Notes under the pieces: model-generated
Database searches by the model: none
What the model saw: only the letters and a program-made list of their open reading frames with translations
Told to the model about the DNA's origin: nothing
Made by a program: the position numbers and the translations under genes
Part shown: positions 7,579 through 8,137 of the stretch, one piece after another
Position numbering within the stretch: the stretch's first letter is position 1
Layout of the letters: each line of letters starts with the position of its first letter
NCBI GenBank assembly: GCA_964648855.1
Contig: CAZYLT010000044.1
Span: forward strand, 1-8,137
DNA: 8,137 nt
DNA from: an uncultured archaeon
GTDB lineage: Archaea; Asgardarchaeota; Thorarchaeia; Thorarchaeales; Thorarchaeaceae
Direction of reading: 5' to 3'

Positions 7579-8137
7579 TTGGCAAAGTTTCGATGTACCG
7601 TGTGTAATTGGGTTTATGATGAAGACCATGAAGGAAAGCTATTTGCAGATCTCGCTGCATCCTACACATGTCCAGTTTGTGGTTCTCCGAAGTCTGCTTT
7701 TGTGCCAAAAGGTATACATAAGGGAAACGAGGAAATCGAAACCACTGTCGCGGAAAAGATTGTTGAACAACTTGCAGCACTTGGTGTTGAGCATGTATTT
7801 GGGATTCCTGGAGACAGCAACCTCCCCCTTGTAGACGCGATTCGTGAGAATTCAAAGATTCGATTTGTTCTGACACGTCATGAAGAAACGGCTGCGTTTA
7901 TGGCTGCTGCGCAGGGAAAAGTAGCAGACCGTCTGGGTGTATGTTTGTCCATCGCTGGCCCTGGATCTACCAATCTAATCACTGGGTTAATGGATTCAGC
8001 AACTGATAGAAGTCCGGTCATCGCACTTTTAGGGCAGGTCCCAGAAATATATCTGGGCAGTGAAGCGTTTCAAGAAATCAATCAAATCGAACTTTTCCAG
8101 CCCTTTGCAGAGTATGCTGAAACTGTTGCAAGGTCCA
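7579..8137 (+). CDS. Rubredoxin domain fused to a thiamine-pyrophosphate-dependent enzyme (pyruvate oxidase/acetolactate synthase-like), 3'-partial
   Basis: Not in the ORF track. TTG 7579 after GGTGA: MAKFRCTVCNWVYDEDHEGKLFADLAASYTCPVCGSPKSAF (two CxxC, rubredoxin), then TVAEKIVEQLAALGVEHVFGIPGDSNLPLVDAI...TRHEETAAFMA...AGPGSTNLITGL...SPVIALLGQV...AFQEINQ (TPP N-terminal domain). Open to the window end. Confidence 0.9.
   Translation, partial: MAKFRCTVCNWVYDEDHEGKLFADLAASYTCPVCGSPKSAFVPKGIHKGNEEIETTVAEKIVEQLAALGVEHVFGIPGDSNLPLVDAIRENSKIRFVLTRHEETAAFMAAAQGKVADRLGVCLSIAGPGSTNLITGLMDSATDRSPVIALLGQVPEIYLGSEAFQEINQIELFQPFAEYAETVARS

Noticed and set aside
60-7876. Short overlapping ORFs: 60-374, 226-438, 756-1064, 826-1083, 1574-1837, 1729-1956, 3431-3766, 3613-3882, 4611-4832, 4639-5013, 5234-5434, 5793-5981, 6028-6261, 6355-6576, 7064-7309, 7406-7876, 7574-7834
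   Set aside because: These are antisense or off-frame shadows of better-supported genes or pseudogenes and have no recognisable motifs.

Overview
An archaeal-style window (TATA-like boxes, GGAGG/GGTG ribosome-binding sites, short-type AhcY). It resembles Asgard/Thorarchaeia-type genomes, but that assignment is an unverified inference. In order it holds: a 3'-partial LURP-one/scramblase-like gene (-), a histidine phosphatase (-), a small membrane protein, a SnoaL/NTF2-like gene with an in-frame TGA at a Trp position, a NIPSNAP-like protein, a membrane protein with an acidic tail, a class II (Ntn) glutamine amidotransferase, a tandem Lrp/AsnC regulator (-) divergent from S-adenosylhomocysteine hydrolase (ahcY), an M28 peptidase remnant, and the 5' part of a rubredoxin-TPP enzyme fusion. 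The main result is that the apparent frameshift in ahcY is explained by a 31-nt insertion (6756-6786) folding into a canonical bulge-helix-bulge (BHB) motif. Cutting at the standard archaeal splicing-endonuclease positions restores GHPSE-VMDLSF and a 418-aa protein. This makes it a candidate tRNA-endonuclease-spliced mRNA intron in a core methyl-cycle gene, and the insert looks like a degenerate copy of the adjacent exon.
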